Positions 50,512-60,449 of a stretch of 64,000 nt of DNA are shown piece by piece. The number at the start of each line of letters is the position of its first letter. Position 1 is the stretch's first letter. Origin of the DNA: Candidatus Helarchaeota archaeon (GTDB lineage Archaea; Asgardarchaeota; Lokiarchaeia; Helarchaeales; RDOG01); contig JAHPZH010000005.1 in assembly GCA_019058315.1 (NCBI GenBank), forward strand, positions 224,001-288,000, read 5' to 3'. Under the pieces are notes generated by a model. It saw only the letters and a list, made by a program, of their open reading frames with translations, did no database searches and had not been told where the DNA came from. The translations under genes were made by a program, and so were the position numbers.

Positions 50512-51501
50512 TTGGAGGTTTTTAAAATAAAAAAAATAAGATTCGTTATACCAAAGGGTTCACTAGAAAAAGACACCATGGATCTTCTTAAACAAGCGGG
50601 ATACAGCCTAGTCGGAACAGACAGATCTTATCGTCCGCTTATTAATGATCCAGAGATTGAATTGAAAATTCTTAGACCTCAAGAAATACCTAATTTAATT
50701 GCCCAAGACGCACATGATATCGGTATTTCTGGAATCGATTGGACAGAAGAATCTGGAGTAATTGATGAAGTAGAGGACATATTGGATTTGGAATATGGAA
50801 AAGTAGAATTGGTTGTTGCAGTCCCGAGGGATTGGGACGATGTAAAGAGCTTTTCAGACTTATTGAAGAAATTTCTAAATAAAAACAAGCCCGTACGAAT
50901 TTTCACAGAATTAATAGCAACAACTAAGAAATATATTATGAACAATCCTGTGTATAAACAAAAATTTCAAGATAAAGTCCCTGAAATAATCACTCCTTGG
51001 TCTAGGAATGGAGAAAATCCCCAAGTTAAAATCATCCTTTCTTTTGGAGCAACCGAAGCCAAACCACCCGAAGATGCGGAAGCTATTATTGACCTTACTG
51101 CAACTGGAAAAACCATCGAGGAAAATAAATTAAAAATTATTGATAGTTTAGTTTCCTCAACTGCACGGTTATTAGCTAACCGTAACGCCTTAAAAGATCC
51201 ATGGAAAAAAGGAAAAATTCAAGATATCAAGATGATATTGAAAGGTGTTGTAGAAGCTAGAAAAAAACTACATATATTCATGAATATTAAGAATGAGAAT
51301 CTACCAAAGATGCTTAAAGAACTTCCTGCTTTGAAGCGACCTACAATATCCCCTCTTTCAGGAATTGAAGGCTGGAGTGCAATTAATACTATCATACCCA
51401 AAGATACTTTTATGAAACTAATGCCGATTTTGAGAAAATATGCTCAAGGAATCGTAATACATGAACCAAGACAAATAATACCTTCTGAAGAAGAAGAATA
51501 A
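50512..51501 (+). CDS. hisG: ATP phosphoribosyltransferase (long form)
   Basis: IPKGSL, RPQEIP, DIGISG.DW, SFGATE, IDLTATG.T...N.L, C-terminal PTISPL domain. Confidence 0.95.
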   Translation: MEVFKIKKIRFVIPKGSLEKDTMDLLKQAGYSLVGTDRSYRPLINDPEIELKILRPQEIPNLIAQDAHDIGISGIDWTEESGVIDEVEDILDLEYGKVELVVAVPRDWDDVKSFSDLLKKFLNKNKPVRIFTELIATTKKYIMNNPVYKQKFQDKVPEIITPWSRNGENPQVKIILSFGATEAKPPEDAEAIIDLTATGKTIEENKLKIIDSLVSSTARLLANRNALKDPWKKGKIQDIKMILKGVVEARKKLHIFMNIKNENLPKMLKELPALKRPTISPLSGIEGWSAINTIIPKDTFMKLMPILRKYAQGIVIHEPRQIIPSEEEE

Positions 51502-51523
51502 AATTCAATGTGTGAGTTAAGAT

Positions 51524-52822
51524 ATGTTAGAAACAATAACCATTAAGGATTTTAAAAAACAATACTTAGAGAAGGTAATTAATAGAGGCAAAGTTCAATT
51601 CGAGGACGTCTCATTTGCAGTTTCAAAGATAATCAGTGAAGTAAAACAAAGAGGTGACGCAGCACTTCTCAGTTTTACTGATAAATTTGATGGTGTTAAG
51701 TTAAGTAAGGATAAGTTAGCAGTAGATAAAGACGAAATTAAAGAAGCTTATAAAAAAATTGATTCAAATTTCCTAGATGTCATTAAGATTGCTAAAAATA
51801 ATATAGCAAAATATCATCAAGCTCAATTTAGAGAGCCTTGGTTTGTTGAAACTTCAAAAGGAGTGTCAGTTGGACAAATTATGAAGCCTTATAAAAGAGT
51901 TGGGCTTTATATCCCTGGAGGAAGAGCCCCATATCCTTCTACAGTATTGATGACAGCTGTTCCAGCAAAAGTTGCAAATGTTAAGGAAATTATACTATGT
52001 ACACCACCTCAAAAAAATGGCAATATAGACCCCTATATTTTAGTTGCTGCAAATGAAGTAGGAATTGATAAAATCTATAAAGTAGGTGGAGCCCAAGCAA
52101 TCGCTGCAATGGCTTATGGGACTTCTTCTATTCCAAAGGTTGAAAAAATTGTTGGTCCTGGAAATATTTATGTTCAAGCAGCAAAACAAATTGTAAGTGT
52201 TGATGTTAGAATCGATTTACCAGCGGGACCAAGCGAAGTACTTATCATTTCTGATGAAAATAGTAATCCGAATTTTATTGCTGCTGATATTTTATCTCAA
52301 GCAGAACATGAACCGGGAACATTTTGTTTTCTACTAACAACATCGCCGGAAATTGTGGAAGCAACTATTTTAGAGTTGAAGAAATTAATCCCGGAGTTAC
52401 CTAAAAAAGAATTTGCAAGTGAAGCATTAGAAAAAAATGGATTTTTCATCCTCGTTGAATCAATTGAGGAAGCTATACAACTGACAAATAAGATTGCGCC
52501 TGAACACTTAGAAATCCAAATTAAAAACCCTAAGTCGGTTTTAGATAAGATTGAAAATGCCGGATCAATCTTTCTTGGTGATTTTGCGCCTGTTCCATTA
52601 GGTGATTTTGCAGCAGGTTCTAACCATGTCTTACCATCTGGTGGAGCTGCGAAATATTATTCAGGTTTATCTATTATGGATTATGTTAAACTAATAGATG
52701 TTATTCAAAGTACAAAAGAAGGTTTAAATGGGCTGAAAGAATGCATTGTGAACTTTGCACAGGTCGAAGGATTTCAAGCTCACGCCCAAAGTATTTTAAA
52801 GAGGTTTGATACTGGTGAGTAA
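51524..52822 (+). CDS. hisD: Histidinol dehydrogenase
   Basis: GLYIPGG, GGAQAIAA, GPGN, AGPSE, SQAEH, APEHL, GSNHVLP. Confidence 0.97.
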   Translation: MLETITIKDFKKQYLEKVINRGKVQFEDVSFAVSKIISEVKQRGDAALLSFTDKFDGVKLSKDKLAVDKDEIKEAYKKIDSNFLDVIKIAKNNIAKYHQAQFREPWFVETSKGVSVGQIMKPYKRVGLYIPGGRAPYPSTVLMTAVPAKVANVKEIILCTPPQKNGNIDPYILVAANEVGIDKIYKVGGAQAIAAMAYGTSSIPKVEKIVGPGNIYVQAAKQIVSVDVRIDLPAGPSEVLIISDENSNPNFIAADILSQAEHEPGTFCFLLTTSPEIVEATILELKKLIPELPKKEFASEALEKNGFFILVESIEEAIQLTNKIAPEHLEIQIKNPKSVLDKIENAGSIFLGDFAPVPLGDFAAGSNHVLPSGGAAKYYSGLSIMDYVKLIDVIQSTKEGLNGLKECIVNFAQVEGFQAHAQSILKRFDTGE

Positions 52823-53597
52823 AGAAGAAGGAGAAAAAGATTTAGAAAAAAATAAGGTTGATAGATCTAGAGATGATAATAGCTTGGTTTTTAGATCAGA
52901 TCAAGTTGTATCTTTGCTTGAAAAGGGAATAGAATTAGTACAATTAGGTAAAGCAGAAGAAGCTATTACTTATTTTGATCAAGTTATTGAAATTAATCCC
53001 GAAGATCCTTCTGGATGGTATAGTAAAGGTTCAGCTTTATTTAATTTAGGAAAGTTAGAAAAAGCCATATCATGTTATGATAAAGCTATTGAATTAAATC
53101 CAAAATTAAGTATCGCATGGTATATGAAAGGGAGTGTTTTATCTCAACTAAATAAATTTGAAGAAGCTATATCATGTATTGATAAAGCAATTGAAATAGA
53201 TCCAAAAAATCATTTTCCATGGTTATTAAAAGCTCGTACATTAGTCGAATTAGGTAAATTAAATGATGGAATATCATGTTACGATAAAGTAATTGAAATT
53301 GATCAGAGAAATCAAGCTGCTTGGAACGATAAGGGAGTAGTATTAATTAAATTAAAGGAATACGAGGAAGCAAATAACTGTTTTAATACAGTATTAGAAT
53401 TAAATCCAAATTCAGCTTTTGCCAATTATAATAAGGCTTGTGTGAGTTCTCTTCAAAATAAAAAAGATGAGGCTTTAAAACTATTAGAAATCGCGATTAA
53501 ATTAGATCCGTATGCTAAAGTGCTAATGGAAACAGATTCTGATTTAGATAATATTAGAGAATCAAAAAAATTTCAAGAATTACTTAAAGATGAATGA
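52815..53597 (+). CDS. Tetratricopeptide repeat protein with C-terminal TPR end domain
   Basis: About 6 TPRs; YNKAC..SL..DSDLDNIR; GTG start overlapping the hisD stop, GAGG upstream. Confidence 0.92.
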   Translation: MSKEEGEKDLEKNKVDRSRDDNSLVFRSDQVVSLLEKGIELVQLGKAEEAITYFDQVIEINPEDPSGWYSKGSALFNLGKLEKAISCYDKAIELNPKLSIAWYMKGSVLSQLNKFEEAISCIDKAIEIDPKNHFPWLLKARTLVELGKLNDGISCYDKVIEIDQRNQAAWNDKGVVLIKLKEYEEANNCFNTVLELNPNSAFANYNKACVSSLQNKKDEALKLLEIAIKLDPYAKVLMETDSDLDNIRESKKFQELLKDE

Positions 53598-53636
53598 TTT
53601 AGGATTAGACTATAATGAAATCGAGGTTTAAACCAA

Positions 53637-54425
53637 ATGAGTAGAAAGAAAGACGAAGTCGAAATGGATTCGGAAAATTCTGATAATACCAGTTCTAGAA
53701 ATACTCATGTATCTTTTTCTGAGAAAGATCAAATTAAAAATTTAAATATAGAAGGATTTAATTTAATCCGAACAGGAAAAGCCGAAGATGCAATCCTAAA
53801 TTTTGAAAAAATCATTGAAATCGATCCAAAGAATTCTATTGGATGGTATGGTAAAGGATCAGCTTTATTTGATTTAGGAAAATTAGATGATGCAATATTG
53901 TGTTTTGATAAAGCTGTTGAATTAGATCCATCTAATCCTGATGTTTGGTATGTAAAGGCGTCAGAATTAAAAGAATTTGGAAAATTTGAAGATGCAATAT
54001 CATGTTTTGATAAAGCAATTGAAATAAATCCAGATTTGATCGATATATGGTTAGATAAAGCAAGTACATTATTCAATTGGGGAAAAATAGATGATGCTTT
54101 ATTGTGTTATGATAATGCACTAGAAATTAATCCTAAGAATCAGGACACTTGGAACGAAAAGGGGATTTTATTATTAAAAATAAAGAAATACAAAGGAGCT
54201 CTAATCTGTTTTAATGAAGTATTAAAAATTAATCCCAATTCGGCTTATGCTTATTATAATAAAGCTTGCGTGGCTTCTCTTCAAAATAAGAAAGATGAGA
54301 CCTTAAGACTATTAAAAATTGCGATTAAATTAGATCCCTCTGATAAAGAGTCGATTAAAACAGATTCTGATTTTGATAACATCAGAGAATCAAAAGAATT
54401 TCAAGAATTGTTTAAAGAAGAATGA
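53637..54425 (+). CDS. Tetratricopeptide repeat protein, tandem paralog of preceding gene
   Basis: Same architecture; near-identical 3' end. Confidence 0.92.
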   Translation: MSRKKDEVEMDSENSDNTSSRNTHVSFSEKDQIKNLNIEGFNLIRTGKAEDAILNFEKIIEIDPKNSIGWYGKGSALFDLGKLDDAILCFDKAVELDPSNPDVWYVKASELKEFGKFEDAISCFDKAIEINPDLIDIWLDKASTLFNWGKIDDALLCYDNALEINPKNQDTWNEKGILLLKIKKYKGALICFNEVLKINPNSAYAYYNKACVASLQNKKDETLRLLKIAIKLDPSDKESIKTDSDFDNIRESKEFQELFKEE

Positions 54426-54439
54426 TTTAGGTTATAAAT

Positions 54440-55561
54440 ATGGTTAAAAAAAGAGATTATAAGAAATTGCTCAGCAAAAATTTGAAGAACTTCGAAATAT
54501 ATCAATCAGGTGCCTCACTCCCAGATACTATAAAAAAATTTGGGTTAGAAATTGAAGATATTATTAAAATTGACGCTAATGAAAATGTATTTATTGAGCG
54601 TTCCTGGATGCAAGAGCAATTAAAAAAATGTTTGCAAAAGATAAATCTGGCACGTTATCCGGACCCTCTTTATATAGAAACTCGGAAAAGTCTCGCACAA
54701 TATTTTGGATTAGATTATAATGAAATTATCGTTGGAAATGGTTCAGATGACGTTTTTATGACGATTTTTCATACGATTATAGATAATCAAAGTGAAGTAT
54801 TAGTGGCTGAACCTACATTCTCGATGTATAAATTTTTTACAGATATTTTAGGAGCGAAATATTCTTATGTCCTCCTTAATGATGACTTTACCCTAGATGT
54901 TAAGAGTTTGCTCTCTAAAGTATCAAAAAACACAAAGTTAATGATAATAGCATCGCCAAATAATCCTACTGGTAACACATTTGAAACAGATAAGATTAAA
55001 TTTCTCATTGAAAACTTCGAAGGAATTTTTATTTTAGATGAGGCTTACGCTGCTTATTCTAATGTTTCTTTAATTGATTGGATACATAAATATAATAATT
55101 TAATAGTTATAAGAACATTCAGTAAATCCTTAGGATTAGCAGGTTTGCGCGTAGGAATAATGGCTCTAAATAAAGAATTAGCCGATATTCTTAGACCTAT
55201 TCAAATTCCTTACAGTTTAAACGTCGTTGCACAGTATTTAGTTCCTCAACTCCTCAAAGAAAAAGAATATTTTCAGAAAAAGATTGAGGAAGTTAAAAAA
55301 GAACGTGAATGGTTATTCTCAAAGCTAACTGAAATAAAACAATTAAAAGTCTATCCGTCTAATACTAATTTTATTTTAGTAAAAGTGTTGAAAGATGGTT
55401 TAAATGCAAATAAAGTATGCGAAGAATTAATTAAAAGTGGAATAATTATTCGCGACCGAAGTAAAGTCCCCTTGCTATCCAATTGTGTTCGAATAACTGT
55501 AGGAACAAGAGAAATTAATTTAAATTTACTGGAACAATTAAAACGAATTCTTGGAGATTAA
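54440..55561 (+). CDS. hisC: Histidinol-phosphate aminotransferase
   Basis: DANEN, RYP, GNGSD, SPNNPTG, DEAY, RTFSK..GLAGLR. Confidence 0.95.
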   Translation: MVKKRDYKKLLSKNLKNFEIYQSGASLPDTIKKFGLEIEDIIKIDANENVFIERSWMQEQLKKCLQKINLARYPDPLYIETRKSLAQYFGLDYNEIIVGNGSDDVFMTIFHTIIDNQSEVLVAEPTFSMYKFFTDILGAKYSYVLLNDDFTLDVKSLLSKVSKNTKLMIIASPNNPTGNTFETDKIKFLIENFEGIFILDEAYAAYSNVSLIDWIHKYNNLIVIRTFSKSLGLAGLRVGIMALNKELADILRPIQIPYSLNVVAQYLVPQLLKEKEYFQKKIEEVKKEREWLFSKLTEIKQLKVYPSNTNFILVKVLKDGLNANKVCEELIKSGIIIRDRSKVPLLSNCVRITVGTREINLNLLEQLKRILGD

Positions 55562-55655
55562 TTTAAGTGAATTATTTGATTATTAAAATTCTTAAAATGT
55601 ATTAATACAAAATATGAATTATAGTATTTATTTGAAAAAATTGGAGGAAATAATT

Positions 55656-56249
55656 ATGAGAACCGCAGAAAATCATCGTAAAACTAAAGAAACGGATATA
55701 AAAATTGAAATAAATTTGGATGGAACAGGAATATATAAAAATGAATCTAAAACCTTTACCGAAGGTTATAAATTTTTATCTCATATGCTTGAAAATTTTT
55801 CTAAACATTCTTTAATCGATATAAAAATCGAAGGAGATGGAGATCTTCAACATCATATGGTTGAGGATGTTGCGATATGTTTAGCAGAGGTTCTAAAAAA
55901 AGCTCTAGGAGATAAAAAAGGAATAAAAAGATTTGGTTCTGCATTTGCTCCTATGGATGAGGTACTAGCGCGTGTTGTTGTTGATGTGAGTGGGCGTGGA
56001 TATTCAAATATAGAATTGGGATTAAAAATAGAAGAAGTTGATGGGCTTCCAGTTAGTTTATTAAAACATTTCTTGACTACTTTCGTTAAAGTATCTGAAA
56101 TAGCACTTCATGGAAAGGTTTTATACGGCGAAGACGATCATCATAAGATCGAAGGTTTTTTCAAAGCGCTTGCTCTAGCGTTAAGACAGGCGGTTTCCAT
56201 AGATGAAAGAATAAAAGATATAATTCCAAGTACAAAAGGCACAATATAA
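55656..56249 (+). CDS. hisB: Imidazoleglycerol-phosphate dehydratase (monofunctional)
   Basis: RKTKETDI, HML, HHMVED, PMDE, DDHHKIE, PSTKG; GGAGG RBS before ATG 55656. Confidence 0.96.
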   Translation: MRTAENHRKTKETDIKIEINLDGTGIYKNESKTFTEGYKFLSHMLENFSKHSLIDIKIEGDGDLQHHMVEDVAICLAEVLKKALGDKKGIKRFGSAFAPMDEVLARVVVDVSGRGYSNIELGLKIEEVDGLPVSLLKHFLTTFVKVSEIALHGKVLYGEDDHHKIEGFFKALALALRQAVSIDERIKDIIPSTKGTI

Positions 56250-56405
56250 AACATTTTTTTTCGTTTATTTAATATTTATTTTTTAATTGCTGATATATTA
56301 GTTTAATTATGCTAAATATTAATATTTTTAAGAGAGTAAATAATAAAATTTTATACCAATAGAATTATTTCAATACAAAAAAAATTATTCTTTGAGGTTT
56401 ATAAC

Positions 56406-57917
56406 ATGGATGAGACAACTAGGAAGAAATTATTGAACAAAGTTTCTAGTAAAGAATCAACACAAGCAAAATTGAACAAATATAATGTAAGTATAGGAAG
56501 GTTATTATTATATTTAGTTCCCTTGACTCTAGTGGTTTTAACAGTTTTAAACATTGTTACATCGGGCAACTTGTTTGGATTATTACTCATTGTATTCATT
56601 TGTATTTTAGCTATCTATGCAGTAAATTCTTTGCTGCTTATGATGGGAGCTCTTACTACAGGACAAGCATTTCAAATGAGATTGGATTTTGAGAGACAAA
56701 TTGGTAGACCTTTAGATAGTCTAAGAGGATTTAGTACAATTCAGAAAAAAATTGGAATGACTTTAAACTTATTAAAAATTATAGCACTCGTAAGTTTTGC
56801 AGCTTTGGGTATATACGCAGTTTGGATTGTACTATCCATGCAAGGAGCTCCGGCAAGCGATATTTTAAGCTATGCGGGAATAGGTTTTACTCTTGTTACA
56901 GCAGGTCTTGCTCTATTAGTAAAGAGTGTAAAGATGGATATTACTGACGTTACCGGTCTATCAGATTATTATAAGCCAAGTAATCATGATTTATTCATTG
57001 ACAACTTTTTTGGAGACATATTTTATGGTTCCCTTGATCCAATCGTAAAACTGAAATGGGATGAATTTACAGATGTTCTCGCAAATAATTTAAAGCCAGA
57101 ATATGTGGCAGAGATTAAATCTAAAGAAGAAACAGAGGTTCCAGTTAAATTTGCAATCGAAAAAATTCTATATTTAAGCTATTTAGAATCGCAAGGTGTT
57201 ATTGATAGGGAAACGGTAACAAATGAAATTAGCGAAATTATGAACTTTGGTGAAGAATATACTTATGAACGAGGAGCTATGATTGAAGGTCGGTATTATT
57301 TCGGTGTAAGTGATTTACATAAAATATTTCTAAATATTGAAAAGCATATTCCCGCCTTTTTTGACGCAGTAGATAGATTGCAATTAGAACTGATAGATAA
57401 CATCAAAATTTTGAGTGACGATCCGATTTACTTAGATGTCTGTGCAGAGGAAATGGTTGCAAAAGATGGTGAAATTAATATTATATTATTTCTATATAAT
57501 AATAAACCTGCTAATGATAAATATAAGATTAAGATTTTTGCTCCTGGATTTCAACCTGAAGAACTAATTGTAGATGTTATGTGTGAAGGTAGAGGCGACT
57601 TTGAAATTCCCAAAAGTGAAATTCCGTTAACTTCAGATACAGAAACAGATGTTGTTGGTGTAATGAGTACAATGCTTAAGAACGGAGATGCGGTATGGTT
57701 AACGCTAGAACCAAGAGAAAAAGGAGAACAGACAATCCAAGTTTTCTTAATGGAACCAGATGGAACTGTTATAGAAGGCAAAACTATGACTGTAGATATT
57801 TTCACAAATTTCTTCTATTTAATTAAAAAATTAACAGGTTCAAGTTCAGTGCTCGGTGGAGTAGCAACTCCGGTACTTCGTACCGTAATGGGTGGCAATA
57901 GCGGACTTGGAGGATAA
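56406..57917 (+). CDS. Membrane protein (4 TM plus large soluble region)
   Basis: 503 aa; N-terminal TMs, beta-rich C-terminal domain. Confidence 0.8.
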   Translation: MDETTRKKLLNKVSSKESTQAKLNKYNVSIGRLLLYLVPLTLVVLTVLNIVTSGNLFGLLLIVFICILAIYAVNSLLLMMGALTTGQAFQMRLDFERQIGRPLDSLRGFSTIQKKIGMTLNLLKIIALVSFAALGIYAVWIVLSMQGAPASDILSYAGIGFTLVTAGLALLVKSVKMDITDVTGLSDYYKPSNHDLFIDNFFGDIFYGSLDPIVKLKWDEFTDVLANNLKPEYVAEIKSKEETEVPVKFAIEKILYLSYLESQGVIDRETVTNEISEIMNFGEEYTYERGAMIEGRYYFGVSDLHKIFLNIEKHIPAFFDAVDRLQLELIDNIKILSDDPIYLDVCAEEMVAKDGEINIILFLYNNKPANDKYKIKIFAPGFQPEELIVDVMCEGRGDFEIPKSEIPLTSDTETDVVGVMSTMLKNGDAVWLTLEPREKGEQTIQVFLMEPDGTVIEGKTMTVDIFTNFFYLIKKLTGSSSVLGGVATPVLRTVMGGNSGLGG

Positions 57918-57920
57918 TAC

Positions 57921-57936
57921 TTTTTTTCTTTTTTTT
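57921..57936 (+). terminator. T-rich archaeal terminator between convergent genes
   Basis: Near-continuous T tract directly after the 57917 stop. Confidence 0.5.
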
Positions 57937-57937
57937 A

Positions 57938-58930
57938 TTACGGATCTTGAATCCCTTGCTCATTTATTAAAAATACTGCTTCGGTCTCAGGTAAACAAGG
58001 CGAATCAACTAGCCTAGCTATTCTTTTATTAGCTTTGGATTTTCTTAAATAGATTCTATAAGTGCTAGCATGTGCTAAAACGTGTCCTCCAACTGGTTGC
58101 GTCGGGTCCCCAAAGAATAGTCCTGGAGCAGCCATAACTTGATTTGTTATATATATTGCTAAATTATACGCTTCACCAAGTCGTAAAAGTTTATGAAGAA
58201 GTCTGTTTAATTTTTGTTGTCTGTCAGCTAAAGTCCCTCTACCAATGTATTCTGATCTAAAATGACTAATTATAGAATCCACAACGATAAGTTTAATGTT
58301 ATGTTCTTGTAAGAAATTTGGAAGTTTATCTACTATAAGTTGTAGATGGTCGGAATTGAAAGATCTAATATAAACTACACGCTCTAACATAGTTTTAGGA
58401 TCCAGATCAGGATATTTTTCAACTATTTCTAGTAAACGTTCTGGTCTAAAAGTACCTTCTGCGTCGATATACAACGCTTCAGCCCCTAGACCACCTTTTT
58501 CCCTCGGGAGTTGAACAGTAACACAAAGTTGATGGGCGATTTGTGTTTTTCCAGTTCTAAATTCCCCATAAACTTCAATTAATGTCCTTGTTTCAACACC
58601 ACCACCTAACATGGCATCAATTTGTTCTGAACCACTCGTAAATTTTTCCATTGATTTTCTACGTTCTAATAATTCGGCAGCGGATTCGAAACCAATATCT
58701 AAACTGTCTCTTGCAGCAGCAATTATCTTTCCTATAGTAGCTTCTCCTATTGAAGTTATTGAGCTTATTTCGTTTGGAGAGGCTACCGCTAAAGCTTCTA
58801 AAGAACTATAACCAGCCTCCCGCAACTTTTCTGCAATTGCAGGACCTACCCCACTTAAATTTTCAATATTTATACTAGCCGAGCTTTTGGTCTCAATTTT
58901 TTTCTCTTTACTATTTTTTGTTGTAGACAT
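57938..58930 (-). CDS. radA: DNA repair and recombination protein RadA
   Basis: HhH N-domain, GFESA polymerisation motif, GEFRTGKTQ, YIDAEGTFRPER, VVDS, YIGRG.L..RQQ.L, TNQV. Confidence 0.97.
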   Translation of the reverse strand: MSTTKNSKEKKIETKSSASINIENLSGVGPAIAEKLREAGYSSLEALAVASPNEISSITSIGEATIGKIIAAARDSLDIGFESAAELLERRKSMEKFTSGSEQIDAMLGGGVETRTLIEVYGEFRTGKTQIAHQLCVTVQLPREKGGLGAEALYIDAEGTFRPERLLEIVEKYPDLDPKTMLERVVYIRSFNSDHLQLIVDKLPNFLQEHNIKLIVVDSIISHFRSEYIGRGTLADRQQKLNRLLHKLLRLGEAYNLAIYITNQVMAAPGLFFGDPTQPVGGHVLAHASTYRIYLRKSKANKRIARLVDSPCLPETEAVFLINEQGIQDP

Positions 58931-59249
58931 AATAATCACCAAATAATTACTATTAACTTCAAAAGCATCTTATTAAAGCACACAGAGGGAGGTATTGAGA
59001 GGTATTATAAATAAAAAAATAAAAAACATAAAGTTATAGATAATAATTCTTGTATAAATAAATCAAAATATTAATAACTTTCATCATTCAAAATTAACAA
59101 TGTAAATAAGTTATTACGGGATTTTGTCGGAAATTTGTTAAATTTAGATCTTTGAAAAAAAATACTTTAAAAAAATATTCGTAATTAAAATTGAATTAAT
59201 ATCAATTGAAGAGATCAATATTAACTATTATGATTAAAGGCGAAAATAT

Positions 59250-60443
59250 TTGTCTAATTCAACTTTATTTGAAAATTTAAGGTCAGAGGTTATCAATACC
59301 TCAAAAGATTGTAAATTTTACCATGACATATGTGTTAAAGAAGAATATGACTTTGATCAAACGGTTAATGAGTCAAATTTAGAAGAAATTCCTTATATTA
59401 ATTGGTCTTATTTTAAAGCATCTAATGGACAATTTAGTAAATTACTTCGATTTCCATTTGACAAGTTAGCCTATTGGACTTTAAGCTCCTCCACTTCTGG
59501 AGATCCTAGTTTGGTTGGTAGAGGTCCTGAAGATATAGAAGTCTTTAAAAATAACTTTAAGCGAGTTTTTGAAGAATATTCAAACATGAGCCAGATAAAA
59601 CGGCTCATTTTATTTGCCCCACATATGAGATTTATGAATAGAATGCCTGGAGAGTGGGAGGGAAAGCGTGGGTTTCTTTTTTATCGTGATATTACCCAAA
59701 TTTGGGAAGATTATAAGATAGATTATTTATTGAAATTTAAATTTTGGAAAACAGTTGGTTACACTATAACTCATTTTAAACCCAAAGTATTTATTGAAAT
59801 AGACGGAAAATTACTTAAAAGAAGTCTTAATCAGGTAGAGAAGGAACATATTCCTGCATTAATTGCCAATTCTGCTCCTTTAATGTACAAAAATTTCATG
59901 GATTATCGAAAAAAACGTAAATCGGGCTTTAATATGGCTGAAACTTTTCGTGTTCAAACAGGAGGGGGAGGTTGGTCGGGAAAAAAAGGCCGAGTAAAAC
60001 TAGATTATGAGATAAATAAAGCGGATTTTATAGAACAACTATCTGATTTTTTTAATATTCCATTCGAAAATTTTGCAGATTTATATGGTGCAACGGAAAC
60101 ACCTATAGCATGTGGGGGTCATTGGAGTAAAAAATATGAGGATTTTATTTTGCATCTCGATAAAAGCAATGCGCGATTCGTTATCCGCTCAATTGGCACT
60201 CTAGAAAGAATTAAAAAAACCAAAGAACCAGGAGTCCTTGAAATATTAACACCATACGGTGTACAGTCATATGCAGGAGTCGCTATTTTATTAGATGACA
60301 TCATAGAAATATTAGATTTTAATAAGTGTAGTGAATGTGGTAGAGAAGGAATTATATTCAGAGTGGTTGGTAAATTAACCCCAGATATTGGAAAAGGATG
60401 TATTTCTTTTACTAATTTATTTCCTTTTGAAAAGGAAACTTAA
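59250..60443 (+). CDS. LuxE/PaaK-like acyl-protein synthetase (ANL adenylation fold)
   Basis: SSSTSGDPS P-loop, TGGGGW, DLYGATE, GKGC. Confidence 0.75.
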   Translation: MSNSTLFENLRSEVINTSKDCKFYHDICVKEEYDFDQTVNESNLEEIPYINWSYFKASNGQFSKLLRFPFDKLAYWTLSSSTSGDPSLVGRGPEDIEVFKNNFKRVFEEYSNMSQIKRLILFAPHMRFMNRMPGEWEGKRGFLFYRDITQIWEDYKIDYLLKFKFWKTVGYTITHFKPKVFIEIDGKLLKRSLNQVEKEHIPALIANSAPLMYKNFMDYRKKRKSGFNMAETFRVQTGGGGWSGKKGRVKLDYEINKADFIEQLSDFFNIPFENFADLYGATETPIACGGHWSKKYEDFILHLDKSNARFVIRSIGTLERIKKTKEPGVLEILTPYGVQSYAGVAILLDDIIEILDFNKCSECGREGIIFRVVGKLTPDIGKGCISFTNLFPFEKET

Positions 60444-60449
60444 TCTTTT

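Noticed and set aside
50262-59133. Integrated element bounded by 13-bp direct repeats
   Set aside because: Content is housekeeping (his genes, radA), with no integrase or tRNA target; the motif recurs elsewhere and is better explained as a binding site.
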